DNA of 64,000 nucleotides from the human T2T-CHM13v2.0 reference genome, Homo sapiens, in NCBI RefSeq assembly GCF_009914755.1, contig NC_060925.1; one strand, given 5' to 3'. A model generated the notes under the pieces. The model ran no database searches. It worked only from the letters and a program-made list of their open reading frames with translations, and was not told the DNA's origin. The number at the start of each line of letters is the position of its first letter. Position 1 is the stretch's first letter. This document shows, in pieces, positions 39,471 to 53,125 of the stretch. The translations under genes and the position numbers were made by a program.

Positions 39471-42278
39471 AAAAATTATGAACAAAAATAGACAACATTT
39501 TTGTTTCCTAAAAGTCTTAATTAAAAAAATAAAATATACAAAAGATATGTAAGGAAGCACTCATTTATTTTTATGTGTAATTAAATTCCATGTTTTATTT
39601 TTTTAAGTTACTGTGTCTTATTTAAATTTGACTCTGCTACAGAATTCACAACAGATTCTCCATGCAAATATTTTTAAGGCATCTGATACACACATACTAA
39701 TTTAAAATCATATTAATACTTTTATAAATAAGAAAAAATAAATCTGCACACCTTTGACTTTGAGAGCCTCCTGTTCTGAGACATTACTAGGAATTGTCAT
39801 AATATACTACTTATACTTTAGTATAAATGTTATTTTGATCTTCATTAAAACCATATGAAACTAGGAATAGCATCCTACCCTTTTACAAGTAAAGAAACAC
39901 CAAGACTTGGAACACAAGTGAGTTGCCCAAGAACAAGGTTCTGTTACAGATGCTTTGCTCTACTCTGTTGACTTATTAAAGGACCTGGCTATCTTACAAC
40001 CATATTTGTACCATTGGTAGTGATTTTTATACATGGTCCTCAAAATCACCTAGTAAGGTATTACAGGAAGTATTAATATTCCATTTTACAAATGAGGAAA
40101 TGGAGATTTAGGGAAGTTAAATAATGTGTTCTTTTTAAGGCCAGTCAGAAGCCAAGAAGAAATTTCTCTCTAATACTGTGAACAACAGCATGAGAAATAA
40201 GATTAAAAGAAACTGGAGCTAACAGTGTGTCTACTAATTTGTCATTGTGAAGTTTGCTTTTATTATGTCTTGTCAAGCTTAATTAACATGCTATACAGGG
40301 AGTCCCTGACATTCCCTGGGGAAATGCTTTTGGGATCTCTATGAAAAGTAGTATCTATGATTACAAGATATTCAAAATAGAAAGTGTGAGGTAGAGAAGG
40401 AGGTTACAGGAGATTAGGTGTTTGACCTACTTTTACCCCAGTGTGAATAAAAGATTATGAGATACCTCTTCACTTTCATCCTTCTTTCTACCCCCTTTTC
40501 CTCTTTTCTTTTTTTAACTATACTTTTTTTTCAAGTAAGCCAGGGTTCAATGTTAAATCAGAAGACATTGAGTGGAACTAAATTAAAAGAGACTAGTCTT
40601 GCCTATTTGGTGAGAGTGGATTGAGTTGGGAGAGATAAGAACTTCCAACTTCCTCCTGAATTTTAACTCTGGCATTGGTGAAGTAGAGCGGATGTGTGAT
40701 GAAACAGTTCATCCAGCCAAAGGATGCACAAGAATTATTTTTCATGAGTATCTGGAGAATCTGATAAGTAGATGAACTGTGTGTTTGATACCTTATCTCT
40801 CTTTCTGAATAACGTTTTTCTCATGTCCTACCTCCTCTTCAGTGCACCTTGAAAGAGATTACCATGATGATGCTTTCTGGGTTTTCAGATTCAACTTCTT
40901 CTGGGTCTGTTTTACCACAGAATGTTCCAAATTCTAACAATGCATCATCCACTCCACTTCATGAGCTGACCGGCTCTGCACATGATGGCTGCCCTCTCAG
41001 CCTCCTCTTCTCCACTGCAGCTTCCACGGGGTCTCCATCCCCTGGCAGGCCCCAACCCATGGTACACTGCACCCCAACTCAGGCTACCATGCTAAACTCC
41101 CTAGAATGTAGTAGGTACCCAATAATTCTTATTTAATGCATAAAGGAATCACATTTTCAAAAAACCGTCAGCTTCAATAGATCAGAATGTCCTAGTCTGC
41201 TATTAATCTTTTGCCTGACTTCTAAAAACCAACTTCTGGCTTGTTCCTATGATGAAGGATCTATCCTGTACCTAGTTCCTAAAACTGGAGCCTGTATATG
41301 AAGTCCCTGACTTGATAATTCTTTTTAGTTACCAGGGTCTTAACAGACCAAGAACTGCCTTGCTGGGGCCACTTTTCCCGGGGCTCTCTTCCCAGTGGCT
41401 TTCTAATGCTGACCTCTTGCTTGCCTGCATCTCAGCACATTTCACCTTGCGGAATTTCCGATTTGTGTCCTGAGCATTTCTGCCAGAACAGTTTCTCAGT
41501 CACTGTCATTTGGCTGCTACTATAAGAAACCCACTTGAACTATGTTAACTAAAATAGTAAGTTTATTCTACAGTTAGTTTCCTCAGAATTGAAGGGCAGG
41601 GAGCTTGGGGATTAGGCCCATGAATGGAAAGTCCTCAGGAATCCAGGCAACAGCTGTCACCATTTCATTCTCCCTCTTTCCCTGGAGTCATACTGTCTTT
41701 CATCTCAGTTTCTCTTTGTATGCCTTTCTGCCAGCCAGTGCTCCTGATTCCGAGCATACATGATTTCCCCAGTTGTCTTCAAGAAGCTTATCTTGAATTT
41801 GTCAGCTCAGTCCAAGGAAACAGTTCAACTGATAAGATTTTCCAAACCTCAATTCCAAATTCCCAGGAGGTTTAGGTTGAGATAAGGCATCTCCCTCAGT
41901 CCGATGAGCCAAGGTTAAGAAGGTATGTCATGGTACATGAAAATGTCACTGTGGGTAGAGAAGGTAGTTTTCAAACAGAGAGTTGCTGTCATTAGACGCC
42001 GATGTCAAACGCCTGTCCATCACATCTTGCTGGACCCTCCGGCCAGTTCTTGGTCTAGACTAGCTCTTTCCAGCATGTTCTCTGGATACTGTATTCTGTC
42101 CACCTACTTGGACTTCATCTCATCAAATGCATATGCCTAGGTGTCTGCTTTCCTCCAAGGGTATGTCTAATTCACACACCCTAGTTCTGTTTCCCCCACA
42201 GCTCACTGTGATATCCACGGAACCCCTCATCAAAACCATATTCTCTCTTAACTTCCCCCACCCAACTTCCTGAGTTAA

Positions 42279-42624
<346 letters not shown>

Positions 42625-42872
42625 TAAATTCAAATAATGAAAATAAAATAATTATAATTATGATGAATGTATTTATGTAAATGCCTTCTGAGTTAAGGGC
42701 ACAGTGCTAGACACTAATGTTTGAAGAAAGGTTTATAATCTAACAGGGTAGACACAAGCAAATTGATTAATAATGCTACAAGGTTGCATAGGCTGAGCTT
42801 TATTTGACTGGTTTGGACAATACATGCTAGGAGAACACTTAGGAAGAAGTGTCACTGAGTCACTGAGAGAAT

Positions 42873-43366
42873 CTGTGGTGGCAATGAAACACATCACTCA
42901 AATCTCCCACTGCAGAGATGTTTACACACAGATGGCCCCGGCTGCTGCGCTCCTCTGGATCCAATACTGTATCCATGCTGAGGCCACACTTCTACAGGCT
43001 CCTCCTAGCCAATGACTAAGCATGGTGGGAGTGAGCCTAATCTTCTGAAACATGGGATACCTCCAATTTGCAATTTTGGTTCAAAGATTCTCCATGAGCC
43101 TGACCAAATCCTTGTTGGAGCCATGTTTCCTATACAATCCCACTACCCCAATGAGACTACCTAACCTAGTCTGAAGTGTTTCCCACCCAGTCTTCCTTCT
43201 TTCTCCCTCTCACGCACAGGGGACAGACCTCCATCACAGTCTGAAGGCTCTCCTTGCTGTCTCTGGCTTACCCCTCAACTTCTGTTTTTCACAGATGTTT
43301 TTTCTAACAACTCTTGTACTTCTAATCTCACTTGATAATTGCTTCTAGGAGAATATAAACATACAC
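42873..43366 (+). mobile_element. LTR16-family (ERVL) solo LTR
   Basis: tgtggtggc..aaatctcccactgcag..cagatggccccggctgctgcgc..tgctgaggccacactt..agccaatgactaagcatgg; family recalled. Confidence 0.7.
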
Positions 43367-44290
43367 AGCATCAAAGATAGGGTGCAATCCTTACTACACT
43401 TAAAGCTTGTTATTAGATAAATATACAGAATTCAAAAACAACTCCAACTAGAACGCATTTGGAGAGGAGGAGGTAACCTTTTTCCTATTAGCTCTCAGCT
43501 TGACCTCAACAGAGGCTAAAGTAGATTGAGTTTGCCTTGAAGGCAGAGGCACAGTAGGTAGCACTTGGTAAATGTTAACCACTGTCATAACTGTTGAAAA
43601 AATTATTGGCAACAAGAGCATCATTAACAATAGCAATGTCGCTATTAAAGCCAATGGCATTAGTAAACAGTCTAATATATATGTAATTGTATGCAGTTTA
43701 TATTTCCATTAATAATTGATATTCATATCTATTCTTTCTTCCTAAGCTTAGCACAGTACTAGGCACAAAGTAGGGAATTTTCATTTTCTACTGCCCTATA
43801 TGTCTGTCCTTATGGCTAATTTAATACCAGGTCATATTGACTCTAAGGTATATATTTCTCTTTTTCCTCTTGATTTTGAATCAGAGGCTCTCGTCAGTGA
43901 GTTACAGACCTAAGTTCTATATTATCTGGCATTTTATTTTGGCTCTCTTTTCCTGACAGAAGCTCTCCCTGGTGGACTTCATTCCTCCTAAGACTTTACC
44001 ATCCCCTGCTCCACTAAGGAATCCTAAATCTGCATATTTCCCCTAAACCCCAGATGCAGGTCTCCATCCACCTATTAAACAGTGACATCTCAACATGCTC
44101 ATATCTACCTATTGGAAGGCCACACAGCCTTTACATCCAAAATAAAATCCATGTGTTCCTCCTGCTCTTCCGTGTCACCATCTCAATTAATCCATTCAAT
44201 TTCTACTTGGACTCAAGCTAAAACTCTCATACATTTACATATCATGCTGACACCTCCAGTTCCTTCATTTGTCTCTTTTCATCAATTGCT

Positions 44291-44543
44291 TTTATTTATA
44301 TTATTTTTAATTGACACAAAATTATATATATTTATGGTGTGCAACATAATGTTGTGAAATATGTGAATTATGTAATGGTTAAATCAAGCTATTTAACATA
44401 TGCATTACCTCACATAATTAGCATTTTTTGTGGTGAAAACACTTAGAATCTACTCTGTTAACAATTTTTAAGTATACACTACATTCTTATTAACTATAGT
44501 CACCATGTTGCACAAGAGATCTTATTCCTTCTAACTGAATCTC
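44291..44543 (-). mobile_element. L1MA-type 3' end inserted in an L2 remnant
   Basis: taattgacac..aaatcaagctatttaacatatgcattacctcacata..ttaactatagtcaccatgttg; 11-bp TSD catcaattgct (44280-44290 and 44544-44554). Confidence 0.85.
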
Positions 44544-44761
44544 CATCAATTGCTAAATCCTGTTGATTATATATCTTAATTCTATTTCAAATAAGACCAC
44601 TTTTATCACTACCTCCATTTTAAAATCCAGTCCCTCTTCACTTTTTTCCTGCATTAAAGCATACTCAGAACTTGCCTTTGTGCTTCCATTTTCTCTGCTC
44701 TTCAAACTGTTACTGTCAGATTGGTTTATTGAAAGCAAATTTTGTATAATCCAAATTTTCT

Positions 44762-45059
44762 TTTCTTTTTCTGGAGACAGGGTCTCCCTCTGTCACCCAG
44801 GCTGGAGTGCAGGGGTGCAGTTATGGCTCACTGCAACCTTAAATTCCTGGACTCAAGCCATCCTCCCACCTCAGCCTCCTGGGTAGCTAAGACTAACTAC
44901 TAGAGGCATGTGCCACCATGCCCAATTAATTTCTTTTATTTTTTATTTTTAGTTTTTGTAGAGAGATCAGGTCTTGCTATGTTGCCGGTCTTGAACTCCT
45001 GGCCTGAAGCGACCCTCCCAAAGCACTGGGATTACAGGCATGAGCCACCACACCCAGCC
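44762..45059 (-). mobile_element. AluJ-type SINE
   Basis: gagacagggtctccctctgtc..atggctcactgcaacctt..cctggactcaagccatcctcccacc; TSD cca(a/c)attttct. Confidence 0.9.
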
Positions 45060-46920
45060 CCACATTTTCTATTTACAATTTTCAGTGTGTCCTCATAGCT
45101 TGTGGATTAACTAAAATTTCATAAGAGATCATTTACTGCTGAGCCTAAACCTATCTTTTACAGCTTCAGCAATTCCTACATAGCCTTCAGACACTCTGTG
45201 CTCTAGTCACAGCTAAGCATTTTCATTCTCCAACATATCCAGTATTTCCATACATCCAGGTTTTTATGCTTGGTCCATGGCTTAGTATATCTTGGTAGGC
45301 AGTGCATGGTTCTGTGCTTGAGACATGATTTACATATTGCCTATTCTATTGCAACTTTATTCTATTCCTGGTGCAGTTCATCATTCCCTTCTCTGTGTTC
45401 CAATGGCACGTTGTACATTTATTATGATAATTTGCATATGCGTTTATAAGTATCAGTAACATCTGTGTCTTCCACTCAGTTGAGAGCCTCTCTGAGGTAA
45501 GGATTGCATAACATTTATCTTTAAACTTCTACTATTATAGCACAGTGACTGACAATAAATATGAATACTGTATGAATGAAGAGAATGCAGTTCAATCTTC
45601 CCATCTCCATAGATAAGGAAACCTCCAGAGAGAGACAGAGAGAGAGAGAGATTGAACACGCCTGAGTCACATGGTAACCGGCACAGCCAGAGTCTGAATC
45701 CAAGTTCAGAGTTTTATTTTGACCACAGCCTCTGCCTGGGAACTTGTGAGCCTCTCCTCCAGCTTTTCCAAGTTAAGATAGGTCAGTCCCTGCTGCCCAC
45801 TTACAGGTCACACCCTGGAGTCCTACCACATTCCTAGCATCTCTACAGTTTCAAAAGATAGGAGATAGGGCACAAAGCACCTCATAAGGACCTCTGGACT
45901 CCTCTGCTGTCCAGGTATAAGAAAGCCGAGTATAGAAAAAAAGATTTTCCTGATCCTATTAACACACAAGCCAGTCTTCCAACAAATACCAAAAACATTC
46001 ACATCACCCTTTCTAACTCCATTGCAATTTTTTGAGACACTCTTTTCACTGAAATGTCTTCATGTCTTCTTTGCATATCCTTGGTTCTTAGGTGCCATTG
46101 AGGATCTGGTGTTTTGGTCGTTTTCTCACCTTTATCAAGAAGGGGTTCTTAATTCTGGAATCACGCGCTACCATTTTCACTAGATTCCCAAAGCATCCCT
46201 GGGGCAACGAGCATAACTGGTTTGCTTTCCCCGCTGGGAGTGGAAAATATGAGATTTCCAGGTCACAGAAGCCAGAGATGGAGATGCTAAAAGCTTTGTC
46301 ACTTCACAGTTTTCTTTGATAAAACTTCCTTTCTTCTGTGAACTAACCAATGAAAGCTGTTTCTAGACAGAGTTGAGATGATGAACAGTGTTAACTGAGA
46401 TCGACTGAGAAGCAGCAGGGCCCCTCCTGCCTCCCACAGGCACCAGCTGTCTATAGAGGAGGAGAAAGAAGCAGAACCTTGGGAAGGACACCTGTGGTCC
46501 CAGTGGGAAGGATCAACGGGCCTCCCATGGATCAGCCTTTCACGGAGGTACTCCTCCCCCACCTCAGCAAAAACTCTCCATTGCTTGGGACATGAAAGAA
46601 AAAGGAGGGAAAAAAGGACTCTGCTGGTAGACAGAGGGCAGGCTGGCACAGTAAGTGCAGAGCTGTCAACCCTTACCTCGTTTCTCTTACATCTGCCTTC
46701 CAGCTCCCCTCATCTGGGCTCACTAAACTCAACCCATCCCTACTCCTACTCTGCCAAGAGAGGCAAAGCACCTGTCTGTTCCCAGTTGTACAGGAAGCCC
46801 TCAAACAACCTCCAAGGAAGATTAGTGACTGTTCATAGTCCTTATCAATCTGATATAGAATGTGATGAGATGCCCACCAAGGGCTCAGAAACTAATACTG
46901 AAGGGCTTTCACTGCTTTAT

Positions 46921-47225
46921 TTATTTATTTTGGAAGCAGGATCTTGTTCTGTTGCCCAGGGTGGAGTGCCATGGTGCAATCACAGCTCACTGCAGCCTCG
47001 ACCTCCTGGACTCAATCCTCCTGCCTCAGCCTCCTGAGTAGATGAGACTACAGGCATGTGCAACCATGCCCAGTTAATTTTTGATTTTTTTTTTTTTTTT
47101 TTTTTGGTAGAGATGGGATTTCATCATGTTGCCCAGGCTGGTCTTGAATTCTTGGGCTTATGCAGTCCGCCCGCCTCAGCCTCCCAAAGTGCTGGGATTA
47201 CAGGCATGAACCACTGCACCTGGCC
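46921..47225 (-). mobile_element. AluJ-type SINE
   Basis: aatcacagctcactgcagcctcgacctcctggactcaa; TSD tcact(g/a)ctttat. Confidence 0.92.
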
Positions 47226-48974
47226 TCACTACTTTATCTATGCACTCAGAGCTGGGTCTGAGCAATTGTGGTGTTTCTTAGTCACAGTCCCCTCCCTATT
47301 GCAATCTGACAGTTTACCTCATTGGGAGGAAGAGATCTGCTCCTGAACCCCAACCTGATAGAAGCCTTGCACCCCACTGACAGACCTTCTCAAACTTGAG
47401 TATCACATTCCTTATTACACCTCATCCCCTTGCTGGACATTACATTATGCTTTATTAATCCCAGTGTTGAACACTATGAAGCTCCTCGAATCTTGCCCTG
47501 CCTAACAAGCTGGATCTACACACTGTCTGCTCCTTCCTAATGACGCAACTAAGTCTCCATCATGTCTTTGAGGACAGGTCTGGTATCTAGCCCTTTTTTT
47601 TATTTTAATCAATTACCGTCTTTGGTAATGAGTAAAAAGCCCCATTCTGCTGATGAATAGCAACCTACAAGAATGCAGGTGTGAATCATAAATGTCTCCA
47701 GGATGTGCACATCACTTTGTTCTCATACCTCAACCTTTGTTATGCATAGTCCAACTTTGTGATCTACAGTCCTTGATGACAAAATACTGAAGTTTTACTA
47801 GGAAGAGAAAATCGCTGTAGATTTTCATCAAATGTCAAACTCCAAATAGCTCTATGTTTTCATTTATAAGCACACAATTAGAAATTCCTCTCCCCTCTAA
47901 CTGGTGGTAACTCAAAGATATCCATGCATCATTGATTTGAAATTGGTACAAGAAAACCATTTCAGATGTAATGCAGTGAAACAGAAGTTATGTAATCAGT
48001 GTGATAGTATTTGGCATGTGTTTCACATCCTTCAGAGATGTGTGAAATAATATCCAAAAAGCAAAATGAATCCACAGAAGTACAGTCATGGGACACACCT
48101 AAACTTTAAACTCTGAATGTGTGAATCCAGTGAAATGTGGGGTTTTATTTGTTACAGAAACTGGAACTTGCTAATTTCCCTGTTTTTAAAAAGAGAGAGA
48201 GCAAGTATCAGTCTCAGGGTCTTTTCCAGAAAACAATGCCTGGCTAGAATTTTTAAAACAATGTAGGCTTTTTTGTATTTATTTTATGGTTCCCTTCTAC
48301 TTACCAAGTGATACTGGTTTTCCATTTGTAGTAATAATAGAATGTATTCTTTTATAATAATTTGTTAGTAAAGTGAACTGATTTCAAGAAAAAATGAATG
48401 CTAGCTGAGTTGGTATGCAGCTATGATTTAAGTCATGAAGGTGATGTCCTGAGAGGAAAATTTGGGAAACATTTAACATATAATAAAAGCTCATTTACAC
48501 TGTTCATGTAAATAGGGCTTAGGTTTTAGGCACTGTTCTAAGTGCTTTCCAAATATTGGCCAATTTAATTTTCAAAGCAACCTGATGAGGTAGATGCTAT
48601 TATTAAAATCCAGTTACAGAAGAAGAAAATAAAGAATAAAGTAACCTATATATGTTACTAGCCGTGGTTATAATTGTGGGGATGTGGCAACCAGGAAGCC
48701 CTAATATTCTGGGGAGAGGACAGTTAAGGGAAGTGGAGGGACAAAGGCCGCTTTGATGGAAGGATATGAGGTCAAGAATTGGATTTGATCCTTTGAGTTG
48801 CGGATCTGAACCTTTGAGTTAAGATTCGCAGTCTTTAGGAGACCCCTGTTAAAATGCAGATACCAGAGGATAAGAAACACATGAAGCTGCCATCCCAGCC
48901 ACTGGGTGGGATGAGCTTATTAACTCACTTTTCAACTGGGAAAGATATATGTCTATTTTGAGAGCTCTACAGAC

Positions 48975-49120
48975 AGTAGCTCTCAAATGTGGTCCCTGAA
49001 CCAACAGTATCAGCAATCTGGGAACTTGACAGAAATGCACATTCTCGGGCCCCACCCCTACTGACTCAAGAACTCTGGGGGTGGGGGTCTGGCCATCTGT
49101 GTTTCAACAAGTTCTCTAAG
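48975..49120 (+). mobile_element. MER5A hAT-Charlie DNA transposon
   Basis: ctctcaaatgtggtccctgaacc..catcagc-like..agaaatgcacattctcgggccccaccc..ctctgggggtgggg..atctgtgtttcaacaag. Confidence 0.8.
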
Positions 49121-49699
49121 CTCTATAAGATATTTCAAGGTGTCTAAAACTCCTTTTTATTACATTGTAAATTTGTCAAGATTATGTTAAAAGGGATTTT
49201 TAGATACTGATTCAAACAAATAATTATTATGTACTTGTACTGTGCAAAGAGCTATTCTAGGTATTGCAATAAAAGGATGGGACTATAGAAAGAGAGGTTA
49301 AATAAATCCTAAAGTAAAAACAAATCCAACACTCTCACTTTCTAGATATTTTAAGTGAAATATGAAGAGATGAACTGTCCTGAGAAGGATGGCTCACTTA
49401 ACCAATGCTCAGCACCCAGGAAGGCCACTCACATCCTCTGCGAGTCTACTGCATGGCTCACTATGTTTAAAATGGGGAGGCCATCAAAGAAACTTACAAC
49501 TTAGCTTGCACTTATTTATGCATGCATGTGCCAGTACAGACACATGTAAAAATACTAGTAAATAAATGAAGAAGGGATGAGATTAGGGGTAAGTGATAAC
49601 TGACAACTGAGTGTGCAACTCACCAAAACTTGCACAAAAAGAAACTCAGTGCCCCTTTTTGAAACAATCTGGCAGAAAGGTATCCAATCTTTTTCAGCC

Positions 49700-49920
49700 T
49701 CTTATTAGCTGAATGATCTTAATTAATTAATTAATTAAGTCATATAACTTCCCTTCACCTCAATGTTATCATACAAAATGGAAACAATAGAAATAATGCC
49801 ATCATGGGGCTGTTGTGAGGTTATTGTTATAACATTCATAGAAATGAGGTTATTGTTATAACATTCATAGTAAAGGGGCTGGCACAGAGTAAGCACTACG
49901 TAAATTTTAGTCATTATTAG
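49700..49920 (+). mobile_element. MIR SINE containing a (TAAT)n run and a 26-bp tandem duplication (49816-49870)
   Basis: MIR core; tgaggttattgttataacattcatag occurs twice, separated by aaa. Confidence 0.75.
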
Positions 49921-50769
49921 GTAGCCCTGAAGGTTCTTTCTAAGTCGTATCTGCGATGGATTAGTGTTTTTGGTAAGGGAGTAAAGGAGTCTGGGATGCC
50001 TAGAATAGGGTAATAGAGTTGTTTGATCATTTGGGATAAAGTAAAAGTCCTGACACTAATCTTTCACTGCACATGTAGATGAGGGTCAGTGGGAAGATAC
50101 AGAAAAAGGAGATTCAGTTTGCTGAACAAGAACACCAAGATTCACAAGCTACGAGCATTCTTTTTAAATGACAAAAAGCTGGTGAAACCATTAACAAACA
50201 CTTCCCTAGCAAAAACAAATGCTGCTGATTAAACTTTACATGATGTTTATGCTGTGCCAAACCACTCACATAAAGGTAGCAAACATAAGCTCTAAGGAAA
50301 ATGAATAAGAGTACTGTAATATACACTCATGTTATATACTTATAGTTTGTTTTTAATTTTAATATATAAAGTCAATGTCTCCATGTTCACAGATCTACTG
50401 TTGGCCAGTACTGTTATAATGTACCTATCATTCCTCAAAAGAGCGAGCTTATAATTAATAAAAAATTAGTATGTGGGTTATTAGTAAGCTTTCCAGTTTT
50501 TCTAAAATACCCATTAGAATCATTTTCCCCTCTTCTTTATCAACAATAAAAAAGCAATATGATAAAATTTAAATACTCTCTGGGACTTAAAGATGATGGA
50601 GATTTTAGAAATAAACCTTTTAAGCACAAGTAAAATTTAACTGTCCCTAGGTCAATGTTTCTCAAATAATATTTATGTAGCAGGATGTTAAGTGATATTT
50701 TCTAGGAAAAAAAAATCTGGTGAAAAAACATCAGCTAAAACCTTACTTGTTCATCAACATTTATAAATT

Positions 50770-50870
50770 ATATTACTTGGCACTGTATGCCTGTATCAAA
50801 ATACTTCATGTACCCCATAAATATATAAATCTACTATGTACCCATAAAAGTGAAAAAAAAATTTAAAAAA
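50770..50870 (+). mobile_element. Short L1 (L1MA/L1PB) 3' tail
   Basis: gtatgcctgtatcaaaatac..catgtaccccataaatatata..ctactatgtacccataaaa plus A tail. Confidence 0.75.
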
Positions 50871-51038
50871 TGTAAAAAGATTCATAATTTCCAGCAGCCC
50901 CATGATGGCATTATTTTATTGTATTCAGCATATAGATAAGGACACAATGGCACAGAGAGATTATATGACTTGTGTAAGGTCATTAGCTACTAAGATACAA
51001 AGCCAGACCCAATCCCATGCAGTCTAGTTTTGGAGTTC

Positions 51039-51165
51039 AACTTGACATTATAATATTTGATTATTTTGCTTCATTTTAGGAAGAAAGGCCGAGTAGCTTA
51101 AGCTTTCTCGTATGAAATTCTGAATTTATGAGTATAGTTTCCTCCCAACTACTTTCCCTGTATGA
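51039..51165 (+). repeat. ~110-125-bp dispersed direct repeat, copy 1 (partner 53008-53125)
   Basis: aacttgacattataatattt(g/t)attattttg(c/t)tt(c/t)attttaggaagaaa is shared, with weaker similarity continuing. Confidence 0.85.
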
Positions 51166-52729
51166 ACCAAAAGCATGACAATCTGTTAAAGAAGATTGTT
51201 AACTTTATTGTCCAGTGTTTTCCAAACTTATTTGAGCTTAGAAATATATATTCCAGGGACAATCCTAAATATCTGGTAGAGCTAGCGTCTCAGAAACACT
51301 ACAGGGAACACGCAAAAGTAAAAGTCTTCTTCCTTTCTAGAGGACAGAAACTTAAATTTAGGAAAGATAGTCTAGTGTAGCTATTATATGACAGAGAAAA
51401 GAATTAGAGGTCTTCAGAAGGCAAAAGTAAAGCTGAGAAATGCTGTCTTTAGAAAGTGAAAAACTCATTCACCACTTCCCTGGTTATTAGAAAAAGAAGA
51501 GAGGGAAGTTTAAAATAAAAGAGAGCAAATATTAATTCACACAATGGGAGAGAAAAAATATGATTCTAAAAGGTAACCCAGGTAGGAAACTAAAAAGGCA
51601 TTTAAGTAGAGTTTTGAGATTTATGCGCAGCAGAAGTGGCTAGGGGAGGATATAAGGATTTACCTGACCTTTTGGATCTATGGCTTAGAAAGAATGACAT
51701 TCTTTTTCTTACAGTATGGAAGACCTATACTTTTCCTCACTGGACTTCCTTAGAGTGTCTCTGACAACTGTATCTGGGGAGAATTATCAGGGACCTGAAT
51801 CAGTGGGGTGGCTCTTTGCCAATGTCTGGTAGCAAACAGTAAATTCTACCTCTTTTTCTCCTTCCTTCCTTCCTTCCTTCCTTTCTTTCTTTTTGCTAGT
51901 TCAGAAAAAATCTATGTTGTCATATGGTTGAGATGTCTTCAGTTCCAAAATACATGTTTCTGTTGTACAGTGGTCACCTGTAAGTGCCCTGCCACTGCAT
52001 TCAGGGAATATATATTCAATTGACTAAACCGTGATACTCTGAGTAACACTCTCCTTTTCAAGAAAATAGGCTTTTGAGGTGACAGCTCTGCCTAAGAAAG
52101 CAGAAACAGTATTCCTTGCAATTTCAAATTCATCATACAGATCATTCCCTTGAGGCCATCTTCTTCTGGGTTTCTTGGCTTTCATCTCTCCCATCTTTAA
52201 ACAGACTGCCAGAACAAATGTCTTTTAAGGCCACTCATTTTTACTGAAAAAGAACTAGACATTTGAAGGACTTTATTTTTAAAACACTTTCACAGGAAGA
52301 GTAAATGTTGATTACATAGGAAATCCTTATATTTTACCAAGCCATTAAAAATGTTTGATGAGAATACACAAAGAAAAGCATGATTGAAACCCAAAAATAA
52401 ATGAATGAGTCTTGGAACATAAACTCATTTTGCAGTCTGGTCTCATTTGTGCTTGGGATAAATGCAGCTTTCCAGCTTACTGCTCACATGTACTAGGAAA
52501 AGGTGCAATTATAATTTAAATGTGAAACTCTAACAGCTTGGAATGGGTTGAATTTATTATGCAAGCCAATTTAAGGGTTTCTAATACACAATGGGAAATA
52601 TATTTAGAAATCAGATTATTATTCCAAATGCCTTTAATTTCAGTTTATAATATATATGTATATTTATTATATAAATTCATAAATATATTCCCTTTCCTTG
52701 TCATTTTAAAAAGTGACAAACAGCATTTA

Positions 52730-52912
52730 CCCTAGGCCAAGTACTGTTGTAAACATCTTACATATATTAACTTGACTTGGTCCTCACAACTCCCCTATGA
52801 GGTTGATATTATTACCTCATTTTACAGGTAAGGAAACTGAGGCACAAAGAGGTTAAGTAATTTTCCCAAGGTCTCACAGCTAGTAAATGACAGATCTGAC
52901 AGTCTGACTTCA
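52730..52912 (-). mobile_element. MIR SINE
   Basis: tcctcacaactcccctatgaggt..cattttacaggtaaggaaactgaggcacaaagaggttaagtaa..cccaaggtctcacagctagtaa. Confidence 0.85.
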
Positions 52913-53007
52913 ATTTTAATATTATATTCATCATAAGAGATTTTTGTAGGAATGGAGTCAAAGCACTTTATGAGATACATATTAACCTACTTTATCACTC
53001 AATGTCA

Positions 53008-53125
53008 AACTTGACATTATAATATTTTATTATTTTGTTTTATTTTAGGAAGAAAAGTTAAAACTTTTTATCTGAACTTCTGCACTTATCAGTATAATTT
53101 CTTCCAATAAGCTTTTCTGCATAAA
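53008..53125 (+). repeat. Dispersed direct repeat, copy 2 (partner 51039-51165)
   Basis: Direct alignment to 51039-51165. Confidence 0.85.

Noticed and set aside
39055-39560. 60-aa and 152-aa ORFs
   Set aside because: The C-terminal tip of L1 ORF2 and antisense L1 3'UTR in a 5'-truncated element.
47538-47552. Isolated TF motifs such as TGACGCAA (CRE/CEBP-like)
   Set aside because: Single short motifs are expected by chance in 64 kb and have no supporting context.
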